Below the pieces are notes generated by a model, which was not told the DNA's origin, made no database searches, and saw only the letters and a program-made list of their open reading frames with translations. From the sequence record SRR20825006_1150: a stretch of 56,908 nucleotides of DNA. One strand, written 5' to 3'. Position 1 is the first letter of the stretch; the number at the start of each line of letters is the position of its first letter. Positions 37,943 to 49,112 of this stretch are shown here, piece by piece. Position numbers and translations under genes: made by a program.

Positions 37943-38040
37943 GCAAGGCTCCTCAGTCGATTCGGTTGGTCAAGTCGCGTCGTTTTCGCGACGCACTCGG
38001 TGATCTCGCGGTGGAAAAAGCCTCCTCCCGCAGGAGGGCT

Positions 38041-38049
38041 TGCTACAAT
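38041..38049 (+). promoter_or_regulatory. Extended -10 element upstream of the aspartic protease gene
   Basis: TGCTACAAT (TGn-TACAAT) in the divergent intergenic region. Confidence 0.35.
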
Positions 38050-38197
38050 CGTCATGGTTGCACGTGATCGAGGCTTCGACACGCGAGTCTCGCTGCAACC
38101 ATTTGCTGCAGACAGGATTCGATCGAGTCAATCCTCGGTCCGCAACACCGTTGTCAATCAAACTGGCTTTCTCACGTCCTTTCGTCAAGCTCGCCCG

Positions 38198-39439
38198 ATG
38201 CAATCCGAATGCCATCGCCACCTCCAAACGAGCAACCGACCGCGCCAATCGTCACAGGTGTTGGACTCAACTGAAGGTCCGCATCGCCGCTCGTCGGTGT
38301 GGGCGTCAGTGATTGCAGCGATCTGTGTAGCCACAATCGGCTCAGTACCAGTGCCGGCCAACGACGCTCTGGTCCAGGACGCGGCGGCACAGGAACCCAC
38401 CGAGGCCAAAGACCAGCCCACCGAAACGGCGAGAGCGACTCGTTACTCCGCCAGTGTCGAAGCGAAGGCAGAAAAAATCCTGCACGAGGCCGGACTACGC
38501 CGCAGCGGCAAGTCATTGATCGCGAATGAATCCGCCGAGATCGCTCGAGCGATGACGGCTTTGGTCAAACAGCGACGCGAATTGATTCTGCAACAGAAGG
38601 AACTTGACTCGGTGCTGGGGCAAGTCCAACAGATCAACGACCAAATCCGCGCATCGGAGAATCAGGACGGTGAACTGAATTTGCAATTGGCACGCGTCGC
38701 GGGAAACGATGTCGCGTCCAACAATCGAATCGTCGCATTGATCAACGCCAACCGAACTCGCATCAGCCAACTTCGGTCACAACGAACCAAGACACAAGAA
38801 CAAGCCAACGATCAACGATCCTCACTCAATTCCAAACAAGCCGACTACGCAGAATCCGTTTTCCAGATTCGGCAGGACCTGGATGCACTGCGAACGTTGC
38901 TCGCGAAAACGTTGGAAGATCCCAAAGTCAAAATCGCGGTCCAAGTCATGAATGCGAACCAGGGCGTTCCCGCATCGATCTCGGCCGTAGACATTTTGCA
39001 AACGATCGAGCTACGACTCGCAAAGATCGAGCAGGAAGTTTTTTCAGAATCGATTCCTTTGGAAATCGAACGCAACGGTTCGCTTTATGTGACCGCCAGC
39101 GTCAACAACCAACCGATTCGCATGATCGTCGACAGCGGTGCAACGCTGGTGACGTTGACCGCCGAAGCAGCCAAAGAACTCAAAGTTGAAATCCCAACGG
39201 ACGCACCACTCCTGCGTCTCGTGATGGCCAACGGTGACGAGATCTCAGCCAAACGAGTCGAACTGGACTCCGTGCGCGTCGGCCAGTTCGAAGCGAAAAA
39301 TGTCTCTTGTGCGGTTCTGGAGCCAATCGCGACGCGAGCCGATCCGATGCTTGGGATGAGTTATCTGGGCGAGTTCAAATTCGAAATCGACGCCGCGCAG
39401 AAAAGCCTCAGCATGCTGCGAGTCGAAACGTCGCCTTAG
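38198..39439 (+). CDS. Retropepsin-like (clan AA) aspartic protease with coiled-coil
   Basis: RMIVDSGATLVTL catalytic motif, ANG flap and LGMSYL; signal/TM segment and long Gln-rich coiled coil. Start uncertain. Confidence 0.88.
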   Translation: MQSECHRHLQTSNRPRQSSQVLDSTEGPHRRSSVWASVIAAICVATIGSVPVPANDALVQDAAAQEPTEAKDQPTETARATRYSASVEAKAEKILHEAGLRRSGKSLIANESAEIARAMTALVKQRRELILQQKELDSVLGQVQQINDQIRASENQDGELNLQLARVAGNDVASNNRIVALINANRTRISQLRSQRTKTQEQANDQRSSLNSKQADYAESVFQIRQDLDALRTLLAKTLEDPKVKIAVQVMNANQGVPASISAVDILQTIELRLAKIEQEVFSESIPLEIERNGSLYVTASVNNQPIRMIVDSGATLVTLTAEAAKELKVEIPTDAPLLRLVMANGDEISAKRVELDSVRVGQFEAKNVSCAVLEPIATRADPMLGMSYLGEFKFEIDAAQKSLSMLRVETSP

Positions 39440-39572
39440 AAAACTGGAGCTTGCAAAACTTGCATCGCCCTCCGCCAGCGGCGACAATGAGTTCCCCACC
39501 ACAGGCTTCCCCGCCACCTCGCCCCACCTTCGAAAGCACTCGTGAATTGCTCGCGCTTGCTTTTCCCACCGA

Positions 39573-42098
39573 GTGATCATGCCAACCAGGCTCTCACTCT
39601 TATCGCACGCGGCTTTTCTCGCGTCGATCGTTTTGCTTGCCCTGCTCGCGCAGCAATCGTCCTGCCTTGGCGAGGAACCAAACAAAATCGGTGCGGCCGA
39701 AATTCCGAATCCTGAATCGACAACGGCGTTTGAAGACGACATCCGTCCAATGCTGGTCGACTACTGCGGCGATTGCCATTCGCCAGATGACGACGAGGCT
39801 CCCGTCGGCTTTCTAAAGTCAATCACGGTCGATGAGATCCAACGTCGCCGCGAAGTTTGGTCCAGTGCGGCGGAGCAATTGCACAATCGCACAATGCCTC
39901 CCGCGGATGCGGACCAGCCCACCGAAGCGGAACGACTGCGACTCAACCGATGGATTGAAGATCACTTGAAGGCCACCGCCTGCGATGGTGGTGAATTCGC
40001 GGGGCGTCCTGTGCCACGACGATTGAATCGCGACCAATACACACATGCGATCAACGACCTGACCAGTCTGAACTTTGATTTCGTTGAAACGTTTCCCGCC
40101 GATGGAGGCGGCGGCGAAGGCTTCAACAACAACGGCGAAACATTGTTTATGCCACCTCTGTTGATGGAACGCTATTTAGAGGTGGCATCCCAAGTCATCG
40201 ATGAAGCGATCGTGCTCACGCCGCGGCTGGTTGAGTTTCAACCGGACGGCGAAGCCTCCATCGCAACGCACACGATGCTTTGCAGCACCGACGAAACATA
40301 CGGACTATCCATTCGCTTACCACGAGATGTTCCGGACGACACTCGCGTTCAAGTGCGTGTGGATGGCATCGTCGCGGCCGTGTTGGATCAGAGCCGCCGA
40401 GAGAACGATCACCACTGGATGACACTGTCACTCCCCAAAGGCCAGCACCACATTGCTGTCCAAATCGATTCCGCCGCGAGCGATGTAAACGACCAAGCCT
40501 CATTAACCATCGCACATGTTCGTTTGTTTCAATTGCCTCGAATTGAATACCGCAAAGGGCAACAGATCGAACGCGATCGGCAGAAAATGTCCGACGTCGT
40601 CCGCGATTTCGCCCTGAAGAACTCTGAAGTCTCAATCGATCTACTCAGGGCCAAGTTTTATCGCGGGTTCCAAGAATACGGTCGCGACTCGCTGAAGAAA
40701 CGACTGACCGCAACCGCAACGATCTTGGGGCTCTCACCAGAAGCGGACCCGCTGACTCATCCGGTGTCTCGCGAAGATGCGGAGCTGGTTTTGACTCGCT
40801 TCGCCCGTCGAGCCTGGCGGCGTCCGATCGACCAAACCACGACCGAACGTTGGATGGTTTTGTTCGATCATGTGGTTGCTCGAGGCGAAACTTCTCGAGC
40901 AGCACTTCAACTGGCCCTGCAGGCAATTTTGACATCTCCCAATTTTCTGTACATCAGTGAATCCGATTCCGATGAATCGCACCTTCATCGCATCACGGAT
41001 TTGGAACTCGCGACTCGGCTTTCGTTTTTTCTTTGGTATTCGATCCCCGACGATCAATTGCTGGACCTGGCCGAGCGTAGTGAGCTCAGCCAACCTGAGA
41101 ATCTTCGCAAACAAGTTGACAGGATGCTCGCCGACCCGCGATCGAAACGTTTTGCGGATGCGTTTGCTAGCCAGTGGCTCGGAACCACTGCGGTTGGAAA
41201 CACGGTCATCCCCGACACCAACTTTTTCAAACCGGCATACTCCGACAAACTTGTGATCGACCTGCGTGAACAAGTCGGCCAAACGATGGCCTGGATGATT
41301 CGCGAAAATCGGCCGGTGACGGATTGGATCGATTCCGACACAGTCGTCATCAATCACCGGCTAGCCAAACACTACGGAATGGAAACCGTTGCAAATAAAT
41401 TGAAAAACGACCGAGAACAATTCATTGCCGTTCGCATCGCGGACGATCCCGAAGCGTCGCGTCGCACGGGTGCCCTAGGACTGGGTGCTGTTCACATACT
41501 GACCAGTTATTCGCGGCGAACCAGTCCCGTGCTTCGAGGTGCGTGGGTATTGGAAACAATCTTTGGAACGCGAGTGCCTGCACCGCCGCCGGATGTCCCA
41601 TCGCTACCGGGTGGTGAAAAAGAGAACGGCAAAAAGACTGTGCGCCAGCGACTCGAACAACACCGAGAGAACCCGACCTGCGCCGCCTGCCATGACCTGA
41701 TCGATCCAATCGGTTTCGCATTGGAAAACTTCGATGTGATCGGTCGATGGCGTGACCACGAACGTGGCTCAGCAAGCGAAGAGGATTGGCAGAAGAAGAT
41801 CGAGAAGGCACCTGAGACGATCGCGAAGCTTCCGAAAATCGACAGTTCGGGGCGGTTGCCCAGTGGAGAAACATTCGAGGGCGTTGATGAACTAAGAGCT
41901 GTCCTCATGGCTCGCCAAGACGCTTTCCTCGATGAATACATCCGACGCGTGCTTGGCTTCGCCCTAGCGAGAAGTCTGGAAGAAGCCGACGCGTGCACGA
42001 TCGACTCGATCCGAAATCAGATGCTGCAAAACGACTTGCAAACTCGCGAGTTGATTCAAGCCATCATTCAAAGCACTCCATTTTTAAACCGAGGCTAA
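39573..42098 (+). CDS. Planctomycete cytochrome c / DUF1587-1592-1588-1585-1595 protein
   Basis: CGDCH and CAACH haem motifs; RRLNRDQY, GFNN, SPNFLY, ELATRLSFFLW.S.PD, RTSPVLRGAWV and GFALENFDVIGRWR motifs. Confidence 0.92.
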   Translation: MIMPTRLSLLSHAAFLASIVLLALLAQQSSCLGEEPNKIGAAEIPNPESTTAFEDDIRPMLVDYCGDCHSPDDDEAPVGFLKSITVDEIQRRREVWSSAAEQLHNRTMPPADADQPTEAERLRLNRWIEDHLKATACDGGEFAGRPVPRRLNRDQYTHAINDLTSLNFDFVETFPADGGGGEGFNNNGETLFMPPLLMERYLEVASQVIDEAIVLTPRLVEFQPDGEASIATHTMLCSTDETYGLSIRLPRDVPDDTRVQVRVDGIVAAVLDQSRRENDHHWMTLSLPKGQHHIAVQIDSAASDVNDQASLTIAHVRLFQLPRIEYRKGQQIERDRQKMSDVVRDFALKNSEVSIDLLRAKFYRGFQEYGRDSLKKRLTATATILGLSPEADPLTHPVSREDAELVLTRFARRAWRRPIDQTTTERWMVLFDHVVARGETSRAALQLALQAILTSPNFLYISESDSDESHLHRITDLELATRLSFFLWYSIPDDQLLDLAERSELSQPENLRKQVDRMLADPRSKRFADAFASQWLGTTAVGNTVIPDTNFFKPAYSDKLVIDLREQVGQTMAWMIRENRPVTDWIDSDTVVINHRLAKHYGMETVANKLKNDREQFIAVRIADDPEASRRTGALGLGAVHILTSYSRRTSPVLRGAWVLETIFGTRVPAPPPDVPSLPGGEKENGKKTVRQRLEQHRENPTCAACHDLIDPIGFALENFDVIGRWRDHERGSASEEDWQKKIEKAPETIAKLPKIDSSGRLPSGETFEGVDELRAVLMARQDAFLDEYIRRVLGFALARSLEEADACTIDSIRNQMLQNDLQTRELIQAIIQSTPFLNRG

Positions 42099-42101
42099 AC
42101 G

Positions 42102-43538
42102 ATGCTGTTTCGAACCAAGCATGCGAGTTTGTCGCGACGGCGGTTGCTCCGTGGATTGTCACGCGGTTCCGCGGTTGGATTGAGCCTGCCTTGGCTGCAC
42201 GCGATGGCTGGAGAGTCACCCGACAATTCGCCACCGGAGGTGGATGCAAACGGCAAAGTCAAACCGCTCGATCGACCGCCTGTCCGCACAGCGTTTCTGT
42301 TCATGCCCAATGGTGTCAATCCTGCCAATTGGACTCCGCCGGAAATTGAAAACAGCGACCAATTTGAACTGACGCCGATGCTGAAACCTCTGGCCGGTGT
42401 ACGCGATGAAGTCGTGCTGCTGGAAAATCTGCATCACCCCAACCTGAACATGCGAAACGGACACTGGCCCAAGGTGCCCGCTTTCTTGTCCGGCGGTTTC
42501 GTGCTTCGAACATCGGGACGAGACATGGACACGGGCAGCATGTCGGCCGACCAATTCATCGCATCGAAAATCGGTTCGCAGACGCCTCTGCCAAGTTTGG
42601 AACTCGGCGTCGACTCGGCTTACACGGGTGTCGACAATGTGGGCGGCGGATTCACTCGAATCTACGGCTCTCACATCGCTTGGCGAGACCGAAACACGCC
42701 GCTGCCAAATGAGATCGTTCCGCAGCTCGCCTTTGATCGTCTGTTCCGTGGCGGCGCAGCCTCTCCGCCAATATCAGGATTGAATCTGCACGATCCGAAA
42801 GTCGCGAAATCACTGCAACGAGACACAACCAGCGTCCTCGACATCGTTCTCGAAGACGCCCGCGGGCTGTCACGGCAACTCGGCAGCGAAGACCGTGCGA
42901 AGCTAGACGAGTACCTGCAAAGCGTCCGCAGCGTGGAGCAACGCATCGAAGCGTCGATGAAGCCCCAACGTCGCTGGATCAACGAAGGCAAGATCGACGT
43001 GCCGCGTCCGGGCCCCGGGCTGCCGGAACAGCATATTGAACACGTTCGACTGATGATGGACATCATGGTCCTCGCGTTTTGGACCGATTCGACTCGCGTT
43101 GCGACTTTCATGATGGGCAACGCTCAAACCGGTCGAAACTTCTCATTCATCGATGGCGTGAACAGTTCTTTCCATGGGATCTCGCACCACCGGAATGAAC
43201 CGGATCGAATTGCGGAATACGAACGCATCGGCACATGGCACATCGAACAATACGCGTATCTGATTGATCAAATGCGATCGCTGAAAGAAGGCGATTCGAC
43301 GTTGCTGGACAACTCGATGGTCATGTTCGGTTCAACCATCCGAGACGGCAACAAACACGACATCGAAAACCTTCCGCTGTTGCTGGCTGGTCGCGGCGGC
43401 GGAGTCGTACGCACGGGACGCCGGTTGGTTGCACCTGAAAAATCCAGGCTATGCAACTTGTACGTTTCAATGTTCAACGCGATGGGGATCGACGCAGAAC
43501 AGTTCGGAACCAGCGACGGAAAGGTCGATTTGAGCTAA
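42102..43538 (+). CDS. DUF1552 domain protein (Tat-exported)
   Basis: SRRRLLRG..LPWL, PNGV, PSLELG, P..AFDRLF, SVLD, TDSTRVATF, HGISHH and LPLLLAG motifs. Confidence 0.92.
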   Translation: MLFRTKHASLSRRRLLRGLSRGSAVGLSLPWLHAMAGESPDNSPPEVDANGKVKPLDRPPVRTAFLFMPNGVNPANWTPPEIENSDQFELTPMLKPLAGVRDEVVLLENLHHPNLNMRNGHWPKVPAFLSGGFVLRTSGRDMDTGSMSADQFIASKIGSQTPLPSLELGVDSAYTGVDNVGGGFTRIYGSHIAWRDRNTPLPNEIVPQLAFDRLFRGGAASPPISGLNLHDPKVAKSLQRDTTSVLDIVLEDARGLSRQLGSEDRAKLDEYLQSVRSVEQRIEASMKPQRRWINEGKIDVPRPGPGLPEQHIEHVRLMMDIMVLAFWTDSTRVATFMMGNAQTGRNFSFIDGVNSSFHGISHHRNEPDRIAEYERIGTWHIEQYAYLIDQMRSLKEGDSTLLDNSMVMFGSTIRDGNKHDIENLPLLLAGRGGGVVRTGRRLVAPEKSRLCNLYVSMFNAMGIDAEQFGTSDGKVDLS

Positions 43539-43611
43539 GCAGTCCACCGTGCCCTGAAACGCCACCAGTTTTGGTGTTCGCCACATCGCATCCCCGACCG
43601 GAACGACCTGA

Positions 43612-44460
43612 TCAGAACGATTCGGGATAGATCACCAATTCGATGCGGCGATTCGCGGCGCGACCAGCGGGCGTCGTGTTGTCTTGCCGTGGATTGTTCG
43701 ATCCTTGAGCGACCGTGAACAATTGTTGTTCGGGCATGCCACTTCGCCGCGTCAACCAATCCAGCACCGCGCCCGTTTGAGCGGATGTGAGTTGATGAGC
43801 ACTCCCGGCGGCTCCGCCGTACATCGGAGCATTGTCGGTGTAGCCTTCGATCCCAATTCTTTGACGAGGGAACACGGAACGAAGCTGTGCTGCGGTTGGA
43901 TCGAGGATCGCACCGGCTGAAGGTTGCAGTTGACCGGTTCCCTGAGCGAACAGTTGATCGCTCGGCAACACGACCCGCAGGACTTCGCCGTCTTGTTCGA
44001 CTTTCAAACCGCCCAAGTTCAATCGGCCGGCCATTTGATTCAAGTTCGTGTTCGCACGAATCGTCGCACCACCACGCATTTGTGCGGAGGCTTGAAAACT
44101 TCGTGCTTGCGTCTGAGCGTCTTGAGCCGCGATGCGAGCGGACTCGTATTGTTGCGTCGTGTCCGACAATTGCTTGCGGACCAGGTTCAGCTCATCGCGA
44201 TAGACCTGAGATTGCTGTTCGCTTTGAGCTAATTGCGTGGTGAGCTGACGGTTGTTGTCGTCCAACAATTGAACCCGACGATTCAGCTCGGCCACCTGGG
44301 CTTGGATGCCATTGACGGCGGTGGTGCTCGGTGGCGGTTGCCACACGGAGGTACCGCCGCCCGCCAAATATGGGTTTTGCGAGCAGCCCATCGCGACGCA
44401 GACCCACACAAGGGCGACCGCGAGCAATGGCATATCGGAGCGTTGACGTAGAACGTTCAT
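43612..44460 (-). CDS. OmpA/MotB C-terminal-domain lipoprotein with coiled coil
   Basis: AMGC lipobox, coiled coil, LF..G, IEGYTD and NRRIELVI motifs. Confidence 0.88.
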   Translation of the reverse strand: MNVLRQRSDMPLLAVALVWVCVAMGCSQNPYLAGGGTSVWQPPPSTTAVNGIQAQVAELNRRVQLLDDNNRQLTTQLAQSEQQSQVYRDELNLVRKQLSDTTQQYESARIAAQDAQTQARSFQASAQMRGGATIRANTNLNQMAGRLNLGGLKVEQDGEVLRVVLPSDQLFAQGTGQLQPSAGAILDPTAAQLRSVFPRQRIGIEGYTDNAPMYGGAAGSAHQLTSAQTGAVLDWLTRRSGMPEQQLFTVAQGSNNPRQDNTTPAGRAANRRIELVIYPESF

Positions 44461-44655
44461 GGCACGGACGTTACGAAACGAAACCACCCGATCACAACAC
44501 CGATTCGAATCGACTTTCAAAAATTCGTGCGGATTCACTCAAGAATTGCCAAATCCCGAAACCCACTGGCGCCCGCGCCTGATTTGCACGCCCGGCACAT
44601 CCGCCTCGTACGTCGAACACCACCGGCCGACTGCGGCGACGTGCCAACGAAAACC

Positions 44656-45345
44656 TCAATCCGCCAGAACCTCATCATCGACCAGGAAACGCATCACTCG
44701 TTCGGTATCGGACAGATCGTCCAGCAACAACGTCGGCTCGGCTGGTGCCAAATGTTCGCGGGAGAACTCGCCCGTCGTGACCGCCAGCGTTTTTGCACCG
44801 ATCGCTCGGCCACACAACACGTCGGCCGGCGTGTCGCCGATCACGATCGTTTCCTGATGAGCATCGCCGTGCCGTCGAGCCACCATCATCGCGGCCCGCC
44901 GCGCCATATCGTCGCGATGCACGTCCAAATCGCCGCCGATGATCCAGCGAACCCACCGCCGGATTTCGAAATGTTCCAGTTTCTGAGTTGCCGTCTCCGG
45001 AAAATTCCCGGTCATTACTGCGATGTCGAGGTTGGGCAGCGCATTCAATGCCTGAAACAACGGCACGATGCCGGGCAACAACGTGCCACCCGACCGCCGC
45101 AGTTCGGCTCCAAACAGGGCCCCGTAACGTCGTCGCAATCGACCACAATTGATCTTCGTTGGCGAAACCCGGTTTCGCTGCAACAACTCCACCATCAGGC
45201 TGCGATCGGTGCGGCCCGAAAACGAAATCTGAGTATCGGGATTTTCGACCGCGAATTCCTCTTCAATCGCTTGCCGAATCGCTCGATTCCCGCCACCGGC
45301 GGTCGTCAAAAGCGTTCCGTCGATGTCAAATAACAACACTCGCAC
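44656..45345 (-). CDS. HAD-family hydrolase
   Basis: [12 protein letters not shown] and IGDTPAD motifs. Confidence 0.92.
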   Translation of the reverse strand: MRVLLFDIDGTLLTTAGGGNRAIRQAIEEEFAVENPDTQISFSGRTDRSLMVELLQRNRVSPTKINCGRLRRRYGALFGAELRRSGGTLLPGIVPLFQALNALPNLDIAVMTGNFPETATQKLEHFEIRRWVRWIIGGDLDVHRDDMARRAAMMVARRHGDAHQETIVIGDTPADVLCGRAIGAKTLAVTTGEFSREHLAPAEPTLLLDDLSDTERVMRFLVDDEVLAD

Positions 45346-45389
45346 TTAATCGCTGCCCCTTCCCTCTTGTTGTCTTCCTAAGTTGTCGC

Positions 45390-46265
45390 ATGAGTGTCCC
45401 AAACGTTGACCCGTCCCACCAGTCCAATGCTTCGGCGAATGAGGCAACGCGTCCGTTGCCCTCGACCGAAGGCTTGGACAAAAGCGGCGAGCGAGTTCGC
45501 GAAATGTTTCGGCAAATCGCGCCGCGATACGACGTGATGAATCACCTGCTGTCGCTGAACATCGACAAATGGTGGCGACGCAAAGCGGTGCAAACCCTCA
45601 AAATCAAAGGCGACGATCCAATTCTGGATCTCTGCTGTGGCACCGGAGATTTGGCGATCGCTATCGCCGATTCGGCAGGCTCGGACGTCCAAGTCATAGG
45701 CAGCGATTTTTGTCACGCGATGCTGGAGATCGCTCGCGTCAAAGAATCCAAACGAACTCGCGACACGGCGGGCGGCTCCGGCCGGCACACGATCCCGTTC
45801 CTGGAAGCGGACTCGATGGCGCTGCCCTTCGACGACGACGCCTTCCAATGCGTGACCGTCGCGTTCGGATTGCGAAACATTGCCGACACCGACCAGGGCC
45901 TCTCCGAGATGGCTCGCGTCTGCAAACCAGGCGGACAAGTGTTGGTGCTCGAGTTCTCTCAGCCGACGCTGCCGGTTTTGAAGCAAGCCTACAACTTCTA
46001 TTTCCGACACGTGTTGCCTCGCATCGGCCAGTGGATGGCTCGCAACGACAAGTCCGCCTACGAATACCTTCCTGAATCCGTCGGCAAGTTCCCTTGCGGT
46101 GATGCTTTGGCAGGCCGGATGCGGGACGTCGGATTGCAGCACGTGAGCTTCCGTCCGCTGACGCTCGGTGTCGCGACGATTTACGTGGGCGAAAAACCAG
46201 GCGGCAAAACGGATCACGCTGAAATGGCAGCTCACCGCGAACGCGAAGCCTTGGTGGCGACATGA
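45390..46265 (+). CDS. ubiE: Demethylmenaquinone methyltransferase (UbiE/MenG)
   Basis: [40 protein letters not shown] and AYEYLPESV motifs. Confidence 0.93.
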   Translation: MSVPNVDPSHQSNASANEATRPLPSTEGLDKSGERVREMFRQIAPRYDVMNHLLSLNIDKWWRRKAVQTLKIKGDDPILDLCCGTGDLAIAIADSAGSDVQVIGSDFCHAMLEIARVKESKRTRDTAGGSGRHTIPFLEADSMALPFDDDAFQCVTVAFGLRNIADTDQGLSEMARVCKPGGQVLVLEFSQPTLPVLKQAYNFYFRHVLPRIGQWMARNDKSAYEYLPESVGKFPCGDALAGRMRDVGLQHVSFRPLTLGVATIYVGEKPGGKTDHAEMAAHREREALVAT

Positions 46266-46930
46266 CTGACGCAACGAAACGTCGTCGCCGGATCGTCCTG
46301 GCGATGACGGGTGCCTCCGGTGCACCGATCGCGGTTCGCTTGCTGCAAATCATGAGGAGCGATCCAGATGTCGAAGTCCACCTGACGATTAGTCCCAGCG
46401 GTGCGGCCGTCCTGCAGCAGGAGATGGGGCTGCAACTGAATCTGCGATCGCCAGACCTAAACGCGTTGCTGGCATGCGTGCCGCAGTGGGCCAGCGAACC
46501 ATCGCCGAAGTTCGACGAGATCGGACCGACCGGCGATGAGCGTTTGCATTACCACCAACACGATGACTACATGACGCCAATCGCCAGTGGGTCTTTTCTC
46601 ACCGACGCGATGGTGCTGTGCCCTTGCAGCGGCAGCACCCTGTCAGGCGTCGCTCGTTCGGCCGCATCGAATTTGGTCCAACGTGCCGCCGAAGTGCACC
46701 TGAAAGAGCATCGCAAACTGGTCGTCGTGCCTCGGGAAACTCCGATGAGCGTTTTGCAAATCGAGAACATGCACCGTCTGGCTGCGGCAGGTGCCGTGCT
46801 GCTTCCCGCGATGCCGGGTTGGTACCACGACGTCAAACGAATCGAAGACCTGGTCGACTTTGTCGTCGCGAGGATCCTCGATCAAATTGGCTTGGACAAC
46901 GGATTGATCCAACGATGGAAGGACGCATGA
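46262..46930 (+). CDS. ubiX: Flavin prenyltransferase UbiX (MqnM role)
   Basis: AMTGASG, IASGS, PCS, RAAEV.LKE and PRETP motifs; ATGA overlap. Confidence 0.93.
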   Translation: MTDATKRRRRIVLAMTGASGAPIAVRLLQIMRSDPDVEVHLTISPSGAAVLQQEMGLQLNLRSPDLNALLACVPQWASEPSPKFDEIGPTGDERLHYHQHDDYMTPIASGSFLTDAMVLCPCSGSTLSGVARSAASNLVQRAAEVHLKEHRKLVVVPRETPMSVLQIENMHRLAAAGAVLLPAMPGWYHDVKRIEDLVDFVVARILDQIGLDNGLIQRWKDA

Positions 46931-46943
46931 AGCGGGAACAACG

Positions 46944-47861
46944 ATGGCAAAACTAAACGACTGGCTTGGCCTGATCCGCTTTTCACACACCATTTTCGCA
47001 CTCCCCTTCGCGATTTTGGCGGCATTCCTGGCTTGGGCGACGCCGTTGCCCGAGACTTCCCCCGTGACCTACCCGCAAATCAGAGTGCAAGATATTGTCG
47101 GCATCCTGCTGTGCATGGTCCTGGCCCGCAGTGCCGCGATGGCGTTCAATCGTTGGGTCGATCGACGAATTGATGCCGCGAATCCTCGCACCGCGACTCG
47201 CCACATTCCCGCCGGAACGTTGTCCGCCCCAGCCGTGCTGGCGTTCACCATTTTGTGCGGCATTGGGTTCGTCGTTTCGACGCTGCTGTTTCTGCCCAAT
47301 CGTTTGCCGCTCTTTGCATCCGTTCCGGTGCTCTTGTTTCTGTGTGGTTATTCGCTCGCCAAGCGTTTCACCTCCTCGGCGCACCTGTGGCTGGGCATCG
47401 CACTCAGTTTGTCGCCAATCTGTGTCTGGGCGGCGATTCGAGGAGAAGTCGTGCTGCAGCAACCCAGCGATTTCTGGGTCCCCGGATGGCTGGCCGTCGC
47501 AGTCGCGTTTTGGGTGGCAGGATTCGACATCATCTATTCATGCCAGGACGCTGAGTTCGACGCTGCCGAAGGACTGCACAGCGTTCCATCTCGCCGCGGC
47601 GTTTCGGGCGCTCTGCGGGTTGCGGCGGTCTCACATGTTGCGATGATTCTAGCGTTGGGGCTGCTGGCCTGGACGGGAGGTTCCTCCGGTTTGGGACTGG
47701 TTTTCCTCATCGCCGTCATGCTGACTGCCGCTTTGGTCATTTACCAACATCGATTGGTTTCGCCGAGCGACCTGTCTCGCGTCAACCAAGCCTTTTTTCA
47801 TACCAACGCGATCGTCAGCCTGATTCTGATGACCGCCGGAGTGATTGACTGCTTCATTTAG
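46944..47861 (+). CDS. UbiA-like polyprenyltransferase (MqnP-type)
   Basis: FSHTIFALPFA, ARSAAMAFNR..DRRIDAANPRT..RHIP and GFDIIYSCQD motifs; multi-TM. Confidence 0.9.
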   Translation: MAKLNDWLGLIRFSHTIFALPFAILAAFLAWATPLPETSPVTYPQIRVQDIVGILLCMVLARSAAMAFNRWVDRRIDAANPRTATRHIPAGTLSAPAVLAFTILCGIGFVVSTLLFLPNRLPLFASVPVLLFLCGYSLAKRFTSSAHLWLGIALSLSPICVWAAIRGEVVLQQPSDFWVPGWLAVAVAFWVAGFDIIYSCQDAEFDAAEGLHSVPSRRGVSGALRVAAVSHVAMILALGLLAWTGGSSGLGLVFLIAVMLTAALVIYQHRLVSPSDLSRVNQAFFHTNAIVSLILMTAGVIDCFI

Positions 47862-47922
47862 CGGTTAATAGCACACCGACCAATCGCCATTTTCGCATTG
47901 CCTTTCCCTTCGAATCATCACC

Positions 47923-49086
47923 ATGCAAGCCAACGAACGAGACGCCCGCTTTCGCGAAATTCGTGACAAGGTCGAATCTGAACAACGCCTGTCGATGGAA
48001 GACGGTTTGTTTCTGTACGAACCCGAAGTTTCGATCCAACAGGTTGGCGAATTGGCCAACTTTGTTCGCGAACGAAAGAATGGCAACGTCGGCTACTACA
48101 ACATCAACACGCACCTCAACCCAACCAACGTATGCGTTTACCGATGTCGTTTTTGCGCGTTCCGCAAAGACCTGCGGGACGAAAACGGATACGCGATGAC
48201 GGATGAGCAAATCCTACATCGCGGTGCGGAGGCAACGGCCAACGGGTGCACCGAAATGCACATCGTGGGAGGTTTGCACCACCAAAGAAAGTACGAGTGG
48301 TATCGCGACATCATCTCGATGTTGAAAGAGAATTACCCGAAGATTCACCTAAAAGCCTGGACCGCCGTCGAAATCGATTGGTTCCGTTTCCAAACCAAAA
48401 AGTCTTTTGAGTGGGTGCTGGACGACATGCGGTCCGCGGGACTGGGAAGCATGCCGGGCGGTGGAGCCGAAATATTCCATCCCGAAGTGCGAGACCAATT
48501 GTGCGAACACAAAGCCAACACGCCGGCATGGCTGGAAATTCACCGCACCGCTCACCAGATTGGTTTGAAAACCAATTGCACCATGCTGTATGGGCACGTT
48601 GAAAAGGCCTACCACCGGATCGATCACCTGATGCGTCTGCGGGAACTGCAGGACAAGACCAACGGTTTCCAGGTCTTCATCCCGCTCGCGTTCCACCCCG
48701 ACAACACAAAGCTATCGGACCTGAAAAAGCCCTCCGGATTGATGGACTTGCGAACGATGGCGATCAGCCGGTTGATGCTGGATAACATCCAACACATCAA
48801 GGCGTACTGGATCATGCTCGGCATCGAGACCGCTCAGACGGCGTTGGCGTACGGAGCGGATGACATTGACGGAACCGTCCGGCACGAATTGATCTATCAC
48901 GACGCGGGTGCGAAGACACCTGAGTTCATGTCCGTCGACCAGATCAAAGACCTGATTCGCGAAGCGGGTCGGGATCCGATCGAACGTGACACGACCTACA
49001 ACCGTGTGATTCGCGACGAAAACGACTTCACGGTTTGGCAATCGGGCGAAAGCGTCGATGCTGACGCTCAGCTGGCCGGAGCCTAA
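47923..49086 (+). CDS. mqnE: Aminofutalosine synthase MqnE (radical SAM)
   Basis: TNVCVYRCRFCAF, EMHIVGG, HLKAWTAVEI, MPGGGAEIF and HIKAYWIMLG motifs. Confidence 0.9.
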   Translation: MQANERDARFREIRDKVESEQRLSMEDGLFLYEPEVSIQQVGELANFVRERKNGNVGYYNINTHLNPTNVCVYRCRFCAFRKDLRDENGYAMTDEQILHRGAEATANGCTEMHIVGGLHHQRKYEWYRDIISMLKENYPKIHLKAWTAVEIDWFRFQTKKSFEWVLDDMRSAGLGSMPGGGAEIFHPEVRDQLCEHKANTPAWLEIHRTAHQIGLKTNCTMLYGHVEKAYHRIDHLMRLRELQDKTNGFQVFIPLAFHPDNTKLSDLKKPSGLMDLRTMAISRLMLDNIQHIKAYWIMLGIETAQTALAYGADDIDGTVRHELIYHDAGAKTPEFMSVDQIKDLIREAGRDPIERDTTYNRVIRDENDFTVWQSGESVDADAQLAGA

Positions 49087-49112
49087 GCGACGCGAGAGAT
49101 AGGTGCCATCCG

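Noticed and set aside
43612-44460. Flagellar motB
   Set aside because: No MotB TM motif with the conserved Asp and no motA; it has a lipoprotein signal instead.
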